This document shows, in pieces, positions 33,622 to 43,766 of a DNA stretch of 64,000 bases (its first letter is position 1; each line of letters opens with the position of its first letter). Origin of the DNA: an uncultured Bacteroidales bacterium (GTDB lineage Bacteria > Bacteroidota > Bacteroidia > Bacteroidales > Bacteroidaceae); contig CACYGK010000013.1 of NCBI GenBank assembly GCA_902774005.1, positions 8,696 through 72,695 on the forward strand, in the 5' to 3' direction. A model generated the notes under the pieces. That model searched no databases. It was not told the origin of the DNA and saw only the letters and a list, made by a program, of their open reading frames with translations. A program made the position numbers and the translations under genes.

Positions 33622-34347
33622 TCATTCGAAATATAAGGTAAACACAATCATCTTGCTGCGCCCCTTATCTATCGACTCGGAGAATATCAACTGGGAGGCA
33701 TCGGTCATGTCATCACGATTCTTATCTATTATATTGAGCAGTCCGTAGCAGAACTTTATCTCGGGAATGAACTTGAACCAAGGCCAGTAGAAGTCGCATC
33801 CGAAACCGGCTTCGAGGTAGCAGTCGAACTTCTTCAGAAGCAGTTGCTGCTGGCGCTTGACGGTGAGGTCGAGCATCGGATTCACACCCACCATGGCGTA
33901 GGGGCGGTAGTTGTTGAAACGCTCAGCCGAGAATTTTATGTCAATAGGCAGCGATATATACGTCGATTTTATCGACTGATACTGCCGGTCGTTGTTCTTC
34001 GTATTCCGGTACGTCATGTTTTTCGTTCCGAAATGCATTGTAGGTATCACTCGCAGCGCCAGGTGCTTGGTGAGAAAGAATTCACCGAGTATGCCGACAG
34101 AGAAGCCGGGTTCGAAGTTCGGTGCCTCAGCAAACCACTGATTGCCGTTTGCATCCTTGTATCCGTTCTGCTGCAATTCTATATCCTGCAGGTTGAGTCC
34201 TGCAAGGAATCCGTAGTGGAAACGCCGCTGGTCGATATAGGGACGGTTCATCACCCGACGGGTCTGTGCCTGAACAACATTCGAAGCGAACGAGAACGTG
34301 GTCAGTGCAATGCAGAGAACATAAATTTTATAATGTATAAACTTCAT
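33622..34347 (-). CDS. Outer-membrane beta-barrel protein, PorT/SprT-like (T9SS-associated), tentative
   Basis: Signal peptide MKFIHYKIYVLCIALTTFSFASNVVQA, then DQRRFHYGFLAGLN and alternating beta-strand pattern; about 240 aa. The family assignment is from memory only. Confidence 0.5.
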   Translation of the reverse strand: MKFIHYKIYVLCIALTTFSFASNVVQAQTRRVMNRPYIDQRRFHYGFLAGLNLQDIELQQNGYKDANGNQWFAEAPNFEPGFSVGILGEFFLTKHLALRVIPTMHFGTKNMTYRNTKNNDRQYQSIKSTYISLPIDIKFSAERFNNYRPYAMVGVNPMLDLTVKRQQQLLLKKFDCYLEAGFGCDFYWPWFKFIPEIKFCYGLLNIIDKNRDDMTDASQLIFSESIDKGRSKMIVFTLYFE

Positions 34348-34354
34348 TTTCGTG

Positions 34355-34362
34355 CAAAGGTA
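34355..34362 (-). promoter_or_regulatory. -7 box (TACCTTTG) just upstream of the PorT-like start
   Basis: Plus strand reads CAAAGGTA, 8 nt from the ATG at 34347; this implies a very short leader. Confidence 0.45.
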
Positions 34363-34463
34363 ACATCTTCTGATAATTAGAAACGTATAAAACGCCAAAA
34401 AATTGTTTTTTTGAGTTTATACCCGTAACTTCGCAGCCAAATATCCAAAAACGACTTATAATT

Positions 34464-35243
34464 ATGAAACTGACAGTTATCGGTGCCGGCAATATGGGCG
34501 GCGCACTTATCAAGGGTTGGGCAAAATCGGGCAAGGTGGAAAGCATCACTATTGCCGACAAGAACGAAACACTTCTCAACCAGTTTAAAACTGAATACCC
34601 GAGTATCAACATCACTACCGACAACATCGCTGCCGTGAAGGGTGCCGACGTAGTCGTACTCGTCGTAAAACCATGGCTTATGAAGCTGGTGCTCGAAGAG
34701 GTACGTCCCGTACTCGACCTCAAGAAGCAGATTATCGTAAGTGATGCAGCAAACTTCACCACAGGCATGCTCGAGGAGCAACTCGCCCAGAGCGGACAGT
34801 TCTTCTATGTCATTCCGAATATCGCTGCTGAATTCGGAGCAAGCATGAGTTTCATTGCCAAAGGCAAAGACACTACGGACGAGAGTGTAAAGACACTCGA
34901 AGGGCTGTATGCCCTCGTGGGTGACACACTCGTAGTGGAGGAACGTCTCGTGGGTCCGGGAATGATGATGGCAAGTTGCGGAATTGCCTATGTCATGCGT
35001 TATATCCGCGCCCAGATGGAAGGTGGATGCGAAATGGGATTCTATCCGGCTCAGGCAAAGCAGATTGCCCTGCAGACCATGCAAGGAGCCGTATCTCTGC
35101 TGAAAGCTACAGGATGGCATCCTGAAGAGGCAATCGACAAGGTAACCACACCGGGCGGAGTAACCATCAAGGGACTCAACGAACTCGACCACGCCGGATT
35201 CAATTCGGCAGTAATCAGAAGTCTGAAAGCAGGATTGAAATAG
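34464..35243 (+). CDS. proC: Pyrroline-5-carboxylate reductase
   Basis: MKLTVIGAGNMGGALIKG...VTTPGGVTIKGL. Confidence 0.92.
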   Translation: MKLTVIGAGNMGGALIKGWAKSGKVESITIADKNETLLNQFKTEYPSINITTDNIAAVKGADVVVLVVKPWLMKLVLEEVRPVLDLKKQIIVSDAANFTTGMLEEQLAQSGQFFYVIPNIAAEFGASMSFIAKGKDTTDESVKTLEGLYALVGDTLVVEERLVGPGMMMASCGIAYVMRYIRAQMEGGCEMGFYPAQAKQIALQTMQGAVSLLKATGWHPEEAIDKVTTPGGVTIKGLNELDHAGFNSAVIRSLKAGLK

Positions 35244-35269
35244 CTTACCGCTTACAGGTTACAGCTTAC
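35242..35269 (-). repeat. 7-nt-period tract (minus strand GTAAGCT GTAACCT GTAAGCG GTAAGCT)
   Basis: Read directly; overlaps the proC TAG stop (35241-35243). Confidence 0.9.
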
Positions 35270-35278
35270 GACATTATT

Positions 35279-35310
35279 GCGCACCCATTTTTAGGGTGTG
35301 CATTTTTTTT
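35279..35310 (+). terminator. proC rho-independent terminator
   Basis: GCGCACCC atttttta GGGTGTGC followed by TTTTTTTT. Confidence 0.8.
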
Positions 35311-35395
35311 GTTAGATTATTGCACACTCTAAAAAATTATGTGTAAAACACTAAAAATAAAGTGTTTTTATTTGTTCGGATTGGGAAATAGTCTG

Positions 35396-35403
35396 TACTT
35401 TTG
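35396..35403 (+). promoter_or_regulatory. -7 box (TACTTTTG) upstream of the acyl-CoA synthetase gene
   Basis: CTGTACTTTTGACAAG. Confidence 0.5.
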
Positions 35404-35470
35404 ACAAGATTTTTATTATGATTGAGTGAAAGTGTGCAATTTTTCGTTGCGTACAAATGCAATAAAACAG

Positions 35471-37168
35471 ATGACAAAAAGAACATATCCGACAATGTTA
35501 GAGAGATTTCTGAAAAAGACAAACTTCGAGTCATACGAAGACTTCAAAAAGAACTTCAGCATAATCGTGCCTGAAGACTTCAACTTCGCCTACGACGTCA
35601 TGGACGAATGGGCAAAGGAAGCACCTGAGCGCACTGCTATGATATGGACCAACGACCAGGGCGAGGAACGCCGTTTCACATTCGCCGACTTCAAGTCGCT
35701 GTCTGACAAGGCTGCCGGTTATTTCAACTCTCTAGGCATCACTAAGGGTAGCATGGTACTGCTCATCCTGAAACGCCGCTGGCAATTCTGGGTTACCATG
35801 CTCGCACTCCATAAGATAGGTGCCATACCCATTCCGGCCACCTACCTCCTGACAAAGAAGGATATCATCTACCGTGTAAAATGTGCGGACATCAAGAATA
35901 TCATCTGCTGTGGCGATAAAGACATTCTGAAACACGTCAACGATGCACAGCATGACTGGCCTGCATTCGTAAACCGAATCAGCATCGGTCCAGTAGTACC
36001 CGAGGGTTGGGAAGACTTCAACGCAGGTGTTGAAAAGGCTGAACCATTCAAGCACACCATCAGATTCAAGAAACACGCATCCGACCCATTGCTCATGTAT
36101 TTTACAAGCGGTACGAGCGGACAACCGAAGATGGTGCTTCACGACCAGACCTACGCTTTGGGACATATCGGTACGGCTGCCTACTGGCACGACCTCACTC
36201 CCGATTCACTCCACCTCACCGTTTCCGACTCAGGATGGGGCAAGGCAGCATGGGGAAAGCTCTACGGACAATGGATTGTGGGTTCTACTGTCTTTACATA
36301 CGACCACGAGAAATTTACCCCTGCAGATATTCTGCACAAGATAGAACAATATCACATCACCAGTTTCTGTGCTCCCCCTACCATCTACCGTTTCATGATT
36401 CGTGAGGACCTCACCAAGTTCGACCTCTCGTCTCTCCGTCATGCCAACACAGCAGGCGAGGCACTCAACGCAGCAGTATATGACAAGTTCTTCAAACTGA
36501 CCGGTCTCCACATCAAGGAGGGCTTCGGACAAACTGAGACAACCTGTATGATTGCTACTCTGCCGTGGACAGAAGTAAAACCTGGATCTATGGGAGTACC
36601 TATGCCACAGTATGACGTGCGTCTCGTAAATAAAGACGGTACACAGGTGACTACACCGGGCGAACACGGACAGATTGCTATCTGTACGAAAAAGGGTCGT
36701 CCCGTCGGACTCTTCGTTGAATACTATAAGGACATCGAACTCACTAACCAGGCTTGGCACGACGACCTCTACTTCACAGGCGACGTGGCTTACTTCGACG
36801 AGGACGGCTATTACTGGTACGTAGGACGTGCCGACGACGTTATCAAGAGTTCGGGTTATAAGATTGGACCGTTCGAGGTAGAGAGTGCCCTGATGACCCA
36901 CCCTGCCGTTGTTGAATGTGCCATAACAGGTGTACCTGACGAAATCCGCGGACAAATCATCAAAGCCACTATCGTACTTGGCAAGGAATGGAAGGACAAG
37001 GCTGGCGAAGCTCTGATAAAGGAACTGCAGGATCATGTGAAGAACACCACAGCTCCTTACAAATATCCACGTGTCATCGAGTTTGTCGATGAACTGCCCA
37101 AGACTCACTCAGGCAAGATACGCCACGTAGAGATTCGTGAACGCGACGAAAAGAATATGAAATCATAA
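35471..37168 (+). CDS. AMP-forming acyl-CoA synthetase (medium/short-chain type)
   Basis: YFTSGTSGQPKMV, GFGQTE, YFTGDVAY, SGYKIGPFEVES and PKTHSGKIRH cores. The start is ambiguous (35471 or 35495); the tracked GTG at 35426 is unlikely. Confidence 0.88.
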   Translation: MTKRTYPTMLERFLKKTNFESYEDFKKNFSIIVPEDFNFAYDVMDEWAKEAPERTAMIWTNDQGEERRFTFADFKSLSDKAAGYFNSLGITKGSMVLLILKRRWQFWVTMLALHKIGAIPIPATYLLTKKDIIYRVKCADIKNIICCGDKDILKHVNDAQHDWPAFVNRISIGPVVPEGWEDFNAGVEKAEPFKHTIRFKKHASDPLLMYFTSGTSGQPKMVLHDQTYALGHIGTAAYWHDLTPDSLHLTVSDSGWGKAAWGKLYGQWIVGSTVFTYDHEKFTPADILHKIEQYHITSFCAPPTIYRFMIREDLTKFDLSSLRHANTAGEALNAAVYDKFFKLTGLHIKEGFGQTETTCMIATLPWTEVKPGSMGVPMPQYDVRLVNKDGTQVTTPGEHGQIAICTKKGRPVGLFVEYYKDIELTNQAWHDDLYFTGDVAYFDEDGYYWYVGRADDVIKSSGYKIGPFEVESALMTHPAVVECAITGVPDEIRGQIIKATIVLGKEWKDKAGEALIKELQDHVKNTTAPYKYPRVIEFVDELPKTHSGKIRHVEIRERDEKNMKS

Positions 37169-37175
37169 AATATTG

Positions 37176-37208
37176 AGAAAGGCGCTCAGAAGAGCGCCTT
37201 TCTTTTTT
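37176..37208. terminator. Bidirectional terminator between the acyl-CoA synthetase gene and ccsBA
   Basis: AAAGGCGCTC agaa GAGCGCCTTT followed by CTTTTTT. Confidence 0.8.
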
Positions 37209-39426
37209 ATCCTGCATAACTGTGCATACCTCCGAGGAAGAAGTTCACTCCGAAGTAAGTCATCAGTATGGAAAGGAATGCCAGAAGCATATAGATATTG
37301 AAATGACGTGGGACATTGAACCACCGTATGCTGCCTGCGTGAAGTGGCAGGGCATAGATGAACAGGGTGATAAGTGCCCACACCTCTTTCGGGTCCCACC
37401 CCCAATAGCGTCCCCACGACTGATTTGCCCATACGGCTCCGATGAAGATGCCGATAGCAAGACAATAGACTGCCGGATAGAGCAGAAGTTGTGAAAGAGC
37501 GGTGATTTGACCATTGAACATTGTCCATTGACCACTGAGAGCTGAGGGTTTGACAATGCCTATAATAAAATATGTGAGGGAGAGGAAGAAACACATGGCA
37601 AAGAGTGTGTAACTGAACATGACAGCTACGACATGTATGCTCAGCAGGGGCGACTGCAGGACAGGCATCAGACTCGTCACCTGCGGATTGGATTCACCCA
37701 GCATCGCTACGAGCAGGATGAGTCCGGCAAGCAATGTGGAGAAATGAAGCAGCAAAGGGAAGTGGCGTTGTAAAACAAAGGTAACGAGTAGTGTTGCCCA
37801 AACCATGAACTGCATTATCTCGAATCCGTTGCTCAGAGGGATATGGTCGGACACTATCCATCGCAAGAGGAGCAAGCCTGTCACATAAACGAATAGCAGG
37901 AAGTTGAAGCCTGTTACAAGGAAGGCCTGGAGTCGGTCACCCTTTGCACTTGCCATTCTGAGTACACCGATGATAAAGAACAGAATGCCGAATCCAAGTG
38001 TTATGAATACCGGAAAACGTAGTGACGAGAGTGTGTTGTAGCTTACCTCTGCGCGCATCCTACCTGCTGAAGGGAGTATGTCAGAGGCACGGCTCAACTG
38101 ATAACGACGGATACTGCTGACGGTTCTCAAAGCCTCATTATCATTTCCCATGACTACAGCCTCGGTAAGGTAATCGAGCGATTTTCGTATGAAAAACCAC
38201 TCATCCTGCGGCATGTCGGCAGGCATATTATGCGCTCCTGGAGCCAACCACTCGGTCTTGCCATCCCGTCGGTAAGGGAAGAGTTTCAGCAACGAACCAC
38301 TATAGAACATTCGGATGAGGTTGAACTTCTCGTCGGCTTCGCGAAGGCCCTTATTAGAGTTGAAAGTTGACCGGTGAGAGTTGAGAGCAGAAAGTTTGTA
38401 CTCGTTGTATTCGTCCCAGAAGTCGGAGAATGATGCCCATTCGCTGTCGATACCCAAAAGCAGCTGGGTATGTTTGTCTTTTATACGTATTATCTTTGCA
38501 TTCTCCCATTCCTCGAAGTGGAACATCCATCCTGCAAGTATCTGATTGGCAGAGAGTCCATTCCATCGTGCTTTTCCAGAGAGTTTTGTCACGAAGTCGA
38601 TAGCAAGTGTATTGACCGGACATATCCTCTGATTATAAAGTACGTAGAGGTTACCTATGCTGTCAGCAAGGTCGGCATTGACCGTTGAACCGTAAACAGT
38701 AAACGGTAAACAGAAAACGACTAATGTTGCTACCGTCCTCGTAGCTTTTTTGTAGAGTTGTCGCATCCGTGTCTGTTTCGTGAAGAACGACATGATAAGA
38801 GAGACGAACAGCATGATATAACCGAAATATGTGATACCGATACCCCAGGGGTCGTGCGACAGACTTAAATGAGTACCTTCTCCGTCCTCATCATATCCTG
38901 ACTGGTAAAGCCGGTAGTGCTGTACCTCAGCTATTTTGTTCATCGAACACTGAACAATCTCACTCCTCACTCCTAACTCCTCACTCCTAACTCCTATCTC
39001 ACTTCTATAATCCATCGGACTGTCCGTACCCGGATAGGTCTCGATAGTGAAATCCTTCAGAGTCAGAATAAACGGCAGAGACCTCACCTCATCTTTATCG
39101 TTCATATAAACCTCTACGGCTTCTCCCTTGCGCAGATGTACCGTACCCCGTTCTGCCATGCAGAAGGTGATGAGTGCTCCGAGCAGGATGACAGCAAGAG
39201 AGATGTGTACGAGGAATACCACAGGACGACGATGCAGACGTACCTTCACGATGTATGCAAGAGACACGGAGGCGAGGACAGCCCATAGTGCCACGAACCA
39301 CCACGAACCATAGACATGCTCCATGACAAATGGTGTTCCCATATACTTTTCAACTATAGTGGCAGCAATGAGTATTGCTGTCACCATAGCGAGAAGTGAG
39401 AATGATATGTTTCTCAGTCTGCTCAT
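37207..39426 (-). CDS. ccsBA: Fused system II cytochrome c synthetase CcsBA (ResB-like plus CcsA)
   Basis: ResB-like N-terminus (YPGTDSPMDYRSEI...YRLYQSGYD) and CcsA WWD motif WGRYWGWDPKEVWALI; polytopic. Confidence 0.85.
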   Translation of the reverse strand: MSRLRNISFSLLAMVTAILIAATIVEKYMGTPFVMEHVYGSWWFVALWAVLASVSLAYIVKVRLHRRPVVFLVHISLAVILLGALITFCMAERGTVHLRKGEAVEVYMNDKDEVRSLPFILTLKDFTIETYPGTDSPMDYRSEIGVRSEELGVRSEIVQCSMNKIAEVQHYRLYQSGYDEDGEGTHLSLSHDPWGIGITYFGYIMLFVSLIMSFFTKQTRMRQLYKKATRTVATLVVFCLPFTVYGSTVNADLADSIGNLYVLYNQRICPVNTLAIDFVTKLSGKARWNGLSANQILAGWMFHFEEWENAKIIRIKDKHTQLLLGIDSEWASFSDFWDEYNEYKLSALNSHRSTFNSNKGLREADEKFNLIRMFYSGSLLKLFPYRRDGKTEWLAPGAHNMPADMPQDEWFFIRKSLDYLTEAVVMGNDNEALRTVSSIRRYQLSRASDILPSAGRMRAEVSYNTLSSLRFPVFITLGFGILFFIIGVLRMASAKGDRLQAFLVTGFNFLLFVYVTGLLLLRWIVSDHIPLSNGFEIMQFMVWATLLVTFVLQRHFPLLLHFSTLLAGLILLVAMLGESNPQVTSLMPVLQSPLLSIHVVAVMFSYTLFAMCFFLSLTYFIIGIVKPSALSGQWTMFNGQITALSQLLLYPAVYCLAIGIFIGAVWANQSWGRYWGWDPKEVWALITLFIYALPLHAGSIRWFNVPRHFNIYMLLAFLSILMTYFGVNFFLGGMHSYAG
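38692..38719 (+). repeat. 7-nt-period tract inside ccsBA (GTAAACA GTAAACG GTAAACA GAAAACG)
   Basis: Read directly. On the coding strand it encodes ...CLPFTVYGS..., at the end of a signal-peptide-like internal segment. Confidence 0.85.
38959..39000 (-). repeat. Six 7-nt units inside ccsBA (plus strand CTCACTC CTCACTC CTAACTC CTCACTC CTAACTC CTATCTC), 42 nt, in frame
   Basis: Read directly; encodes EIGVRSEELGVRSE. Confidence 0.9.
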
Positions 39427-39462
39427 CTATATATTCAGATAACTGATTTCCGAGTCGTTTTA

Positions 39463-41139
39463 TTATATCGATTCGATGAATTTTACGACCGCAGCACGTT
39501 CTTCCTTTGAGAGGGCACGGAAATTCTCCACACTCTTACGTGCATCGCTATTGCTGCTTCCGTGCCACATGATAGCCTCCACGGTGTTACGTGCACGGCA
39601 GTCGTGCAGACGGTCTTCAGCATTGGTACATATCTTGCTGAGTCCGCGTCCCCACAGCGGAGTGGTGCGGCACCATCCTGTACGGATATCGTTGACCATA
39701 CGCAGGCGGTGCTGTACCATATCGGTATATGGCCAAATCTTCTGGTTAGGATAGCGAGGCACGTCGTTGTTACCCAGCATACCATTAGGATCATGAATCT
39801 CGTCGTCGCCTGTAGTCCACGACGGACGGTGGCACGCTGCACAACCTATCTCGCTGAACAGTTTCTTACCCTGCTGGAAAGCCTCAGTCTTCACGTTACG
39901 TGCAGCAGGAACGGCAAGTCCGCGATGCCACACCATGAAATCCTTGTAGTCATCATCTGTCATCTCGGCAGGTAGTTCGGTATTGGTCAGGTAGTTATAG
40001 ATATCCTGTTCCACATTACCAGTCTTGTTCCACTCTGGGAAGTAGTTATAGAACTCAGCCTGCACCTCGGGGTCTTTCGACGACTTCTGTGCATAGTAGG
40101 ACAGAGTATGATTCTTGGCATTGTAGTTGAGGTCGAGATAGTGGTAACGGCGATCGCTTCGTGTCACGTTGGTGATGTTCCAGATGGCATTGGCACCGGC
40201 TGCATCGAGCAGCGGACCGCGCGACATGGCATAGGTATAGCGGCGTACGTAGTTTACACCGGTCAGACCCTTATAGTAGCTTACCCACTGCTTGTTTGCC
40301 TGATCCCAGTAAGCAGGATTGAGGGCATCAGTCTTACCTATACCGTTGAAGTAGTCGCTCTCCTTCTCCCACTGTGCTGTGATATCGTCATCAGAAATGG
40401 CATCGAGAAGTCCTGTTCCGTAAACGCCGATGGTAGATTCCAGTTTTACACCGATTTCATCGACACCTACCTCTACATTCTGACCATTACGGGTAACGAT
40501 GATAGGAGCGTAGAATGCCTCCTGCGGAATAGTCACCTCAGGATAGATGAGTGCGTAAGTTTCTCCGTCAGGGAAACGGTTGCCCCACTCATCGGTATAG
40601 TCCTTCCATTCAATACGGATAAGACTCTCATCTACAGGAGCCTTGAACGGACGGACAGCCATAGTCTGCGGCATACCTGCTACCGACTTGATATATGCCT
40701 CTGTCTGTTTGTCGTAAATAACCAGAAGATATCCGTTGCCATGCGTGCTGGCACGATACTCCGTCTGACGCTTGCCGTGTCCGTAGCCCGGGTGGCAATA
40801 GATACAGCCGTTACGAACATATACCGGACCGAGTCCCTTGAAGGCACCTTCCTTGTTTTGGTTGAAGTCACGCTCAAACAGGTATTCTCCGTTCTGGAAC
40901 GCCTGACTGAATCCGCCCTGTTCCGTAGCAGGAGTAGGCTGTTCATAGGCACTGGCTGTATTGTTGAACACAGTTCCGAGCACACCGCCTGCATAGTATT
41001 CCTCAGTCAGTTCGATACTCTCGCCATCACCGATATCGATGAGTCCGTCGTTCTTAGCCGCGTTGTCATCGCTGTCGCTACAAGCGATGGCGATGACAGA
41101 CGTAGCTACTATAGACAAAATAGTTGCTAAGTGTTTCAT
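39463..41139 (-). CDS. Di-haem cytochrome c peroxidase-like lipoprotein (DUF1111 family)
   Basis: Lipobox VIAIACS and two CxxCH sites (CIYCH, CAACH); sits beside an imelysin-like gene. Confidence 0.75.
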   Translation of the reverse strand: MKHLATILSIVATSVIAIACSDSDDNAAKNDGLIDIGDGESIELTEEYYAGGVLGTVFNNTASAYEQPTPATEQGGFSQAFQNGEYLFERDFNQNKEGAFKGLGPVYVRNGCIYCHPGYGHGKRQTEYRASTHGNGYLLVIYDKQTEAYIKSVAGMPQTMAVRPFKAPVDESLIRIEWKDYTDEWGNRFPDGETYALIYPEVTIPQEAFYAPIIVTRNGQNVEVGVDEIGVKLESTIGVYGTGLLDAISDDDITAQWEKESDYFNGIGKTDALNPAYWDQANKQWVSYYKGLTGVNYVRRYTYAMSRGPLLDAAGANAIWNITNVTRSDRRYHYLDLNYNAKNHTLSYYAQKSSKDPEVQAEFYNYFPEWNKTGNVEQDIYNYLTNTELPAEMTDDDYKDFMVWHRGLAVPAARNVKTEAFQQGKKLFSEIGCAACHRPSWTTGDDEIHDPNGMLGNNDVPRYPNQKIWPYTDMVQHRLRMVNDIRTGWCRTTPLWGRGLSKICTNAEDRLHDCRARNTVEAIMWHGSSNSDARKSVENFRALSKEERAAVVKFIESI

Positions 41140-41158
41140 GTGGTTGGTTTATAATGTT

Positions 41159-42316
41159 TTACTTTGATATGTCTATGATTTTAGATACCATGATTTCAGC
41201 ATTGTCTGCAAGGGCTGCGTATGTTGGTACTACTACATTATTAATATAGTTGGTGTTCACATCCTTGAGTTTTGCTTCCACCTCGGCATTGTTCTTATAT
41301 GTCTTGAGAGTCTCTTCAAGAGTATTGATTTTGCCATCGAGTTTATCAAGAGCATCCATAGCGTCCTGTGCCGATGAGTCCATGTAATACTTCACGAACG
41401 GAGCTTTCATGTTCTTGATTTTATCGAGAGCGTTGTCAAGTGCTGCAACTACGTCGTTTGCTTTGTCCGAAAGTTGCTGTGTGCTCTGACAGAACTTGAT
41501 TACGGAGTTCTCCTGTGGCTGCTGTGCTCCGAACCTTCCATAGAGGGCAAACTTACAACCTTCGATATTGTCGTAGAAGTCCTGAATTGAGTTGTAAGCG
41601 TATGGTGACTCAATATAGTTTGCATCCTCACCAGTATGTGGCTTACCAATCTTTCCTGAACTTACCTCACCAATGATGTCGCGTGCACCTTCCAGTATCT
41701 GTACTGTAGCGTCGTTGGCAGTCTCGTAAGTCTTGCCCTCACCATAGTCGGTGAATTCGGCACCATAGTTCTGGTACTGGTCATTTCTGCCTGCAAAGAA
41801 AGCATCAACGAGAGCCTGACGGGCAGCCGGAACATTCTCCTTACCAGCCCAGCAAGCCTGAAGCACACTTGTGCACTTATACAAATCCTTGGCTACTGCT
41901 ACTGCATACTTGAATTCGAGTTCGGTAATCTGGTCGATGCTACGTGGGGCACCATCGCGGAAGAGTACGTACTCCAGACCGTGGAAACCGAGCAGACCAT
42001 CATCCTGCTTTGAAATCTCCGCATCGATATTGTCCATGATTTCCTTGTTGCGCAGAAGCTGGGCAAGAGCAGTCTGGTCAACAGGCCATGTGTCGATGTG
42101 TGGGTCGATTTCATAATCACCTGCAGCACCGAAGAGGAATGCCTCAGACCATTCCCAATCCTTACGTGCTGTCTTCCAGGAGTCGCATGCAGCATCAACA
42201 GCAGCCTGCGTACCTGTAACTGTACTAGTGTCTGTGTTGTCGTCGTCCTTCGAACAAGATGACAGGAGTGCTCCACCTACGAGAGCCACACCTAAAAGGA
42301 ATTTCAAATTCTTCAT
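41159..42316 (-). CDS. Imelysin-like lipoprotein (Peptidase_M75 fold)
   Basis: Lipobox LLSSCS; GFHGLEYVLF (GxHxxE motif); two-lobed helical composition. Confidence 0.75.
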   Translation of the reverse strand: MKNLKFLLGVALVGGALLSSCSKDDDNTDTSTVTGTQAAVDAACDSWKTARKDWEWSEAFLFGAAGDYEIDPHIDTWPVDQTALAQLLRNKEIMDNIDAEISKQDDGLLGFHGLEYVLFRDGAPRSIDQITELEFKYAVAVAKDLYKCTSVLQACWAGKENVPAARQALVDAFFAGRNDQYQNYGAEFTDYGEGKTYETANDATVQILEGARDIIGEVSSGKIGKPHTGEDANYIESPYAYNSIQDFYDNIEGCKFALYGRFGAQQPQENSVIKFCQSTQQLSDKANDVVAALDNALDKIKNMKAPFVKYYMDSSAQDAMDALDKLDGKINTLEETLKTYKNNAEVEAKLKDVNTNYINNVVVPTYAALADNAEIMVSKIIDISK

Positions 42317-42356
42317 AATCTTTATTTAGTTTAAATAGTTTGAGATTTCAAGAAGT

Positions 42357-42384
42357 TTAATTATCAATTGTCAATTATCAATTA
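42357..42384 (-). repeat. 7-nt-period tract (minus strand TAATTGA TAATTGA CAATTGA TAATTAA)
   Basis: Read directly; ends 1 nt from the porin-like gene's stop codon (42386-42388). Confidence 0.9.
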
Positions 42385-42385
42385 C

Positions 42386-43744
42386 CTACAAGAACCACCC
42401 TGCATACGCAATACCGATATTTATTGAGGGTTCGTTATTGTACGGCTGTACATAGAGTGGACTGTCACTTGTGAGTCCGTTATTGTTCGGTTTCTTGAAG
42501 AAACGGTACGAATACTCACCCTTCACTACCACCTGCTTGATTGGATAGTAGTTCACGCCAAACGCGAGGCGGTTCTTGGCTGTATATTTATACAGGTTCT
42601 TGTATGTGCCGCGGAACATCGAGTTATAGTACTCGTAGCGTCCGAAGACATACAGTTTCTGACCCAATGCACGCGTCTTATGAATCTGCGAGAAAATGTC
42701 ATATCCGGCTTCGATACCCCATGCAATAGCGCTGCTACCGAGGTTTTCGTTTGCAAACGGACTTCCGTCCTGATATTTATGATGAGTATAGTTGCTCTTG
42801 TTGAACTCCGAAATCTTGTCGGCATCACCAAGATGAGCATACGTGAAGTTGCCTCGTGCTATCCAGTTGAAACGGTTCAACGTAAAGTCACCCGAGATGA
42901 TAGCCAGCGCACCCTTCACTCCGTCATATTCCGTGCCAATCTTAGCCAGCGTATTGCGAAAACTGTGTCCGTAATATCCACTCACTCCGATGCGCAGACC
43001 CTTGATGCTGTAGTTATCGACACGGGCACTTACGGCATAGCTGTTTGCAATCTTGAACTCGTACGGACTATTTGCTCCGTAATGAACGAAATAGTTGCGC
43101 TTGAAACGTTCAGAGTCAAGTCCGGAGAGCAACTGTACCTCATAGCGCCACTGCTGCGTACGTCCCCACAACGATATACCCACCTGATGCCATGTATTCG
43201 GCAGAATGGTATTCTCACCCTCCGGTCTGTAAACCGTGAAGAACTCAGTAGGTAGGTGATACTGGTTCATATAACCTACAGGCACGATAATCTCACCAGC
43301 CTTCACATTCAGTTCGCCCTTCCAGAACTGTTTGTTAATCCAGAACTGCTCCAGAGCTACCTCACCACCTTTCTCAATCTCAGCCTCGAACTCACCACTC
43401 TCCTCTGCATCAATCTCTACAGCCGATTCCGTACCTCCGTGTTCATACTCCAGCTCCGAACCGAAACTCCAGCCCTTGCCGAAGTCATACCCTATATTAA
43501 GTACTACGTGTGGAATATCAAACCTTCCGTGACTCTTCCCGCTGTACGATGCAGGGTCCTTATACCTGTTAAAATGGTCGCTGTAGAAATTTCTCGACAG
43601 AGCAACCTCACCATATCCACCCAACGACAGACGAGACAGAGCCGTCTCAATCTTACTTACCTTCGTCGTGTCCTTTGCTTGCGAATACGCAGAAAGCGTA
43701 AGCATCACCATAGCCACGACAGTCAGTATTTTTCTTACATTCAT
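42386..43744 (-). CDS. Outer-membrane beta-barrel/porin-like protein, first gene of the imelysin operon
   Basis: Start taken at MNVRKILTVVAMVMLTLSAYSQA (signal peptide); alternating aromatic beta-strand pattern; C-terminus AYAGWFL. Confidence 0.6.
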   Translation of the reverse strand: MNVRKILTVVAMVMLTLSAYSQAKDTTKVSKIETALSRLSLGGYGEVALSRNFYSDHFNRYKDPASYSGKSHGRFDIPHVVLNIGYDFGKGWSFGSELEYEHGGTESAVEIDAEESGEFEAEIEKGGEVALEQFWINKQFWKGELNVKAGEIIVPVGYMNQYHLPTEFFTVYRPEGENTILPNTWHQVGISLWGRTQQWRYEVQLLSGLDSERFKRNYFVHYGANSPYEFKIANSYAVSARVDNYSIKGLRIGVSGYYGHSFRNTLAKIGTEYDGVKGALAIISGDFTLNRFNWIARGNFTYAHLGDADKISEFNKSNYTHHKYQDGSPFANENLGSSAIAWGIEAGYDIFSQIHKTRALGQKLYVFGRYEYYNSMFRGTYKNLYKYTAKNRLAFGVNYYPIKQVVVKGEYSYRFFKKPNNNGLTSDSPLYVQPYNNEPSINIGIAYAGWFL

Positions 43745-43766
43745 ATTGTCTTTTCTTTTTTGGGTG

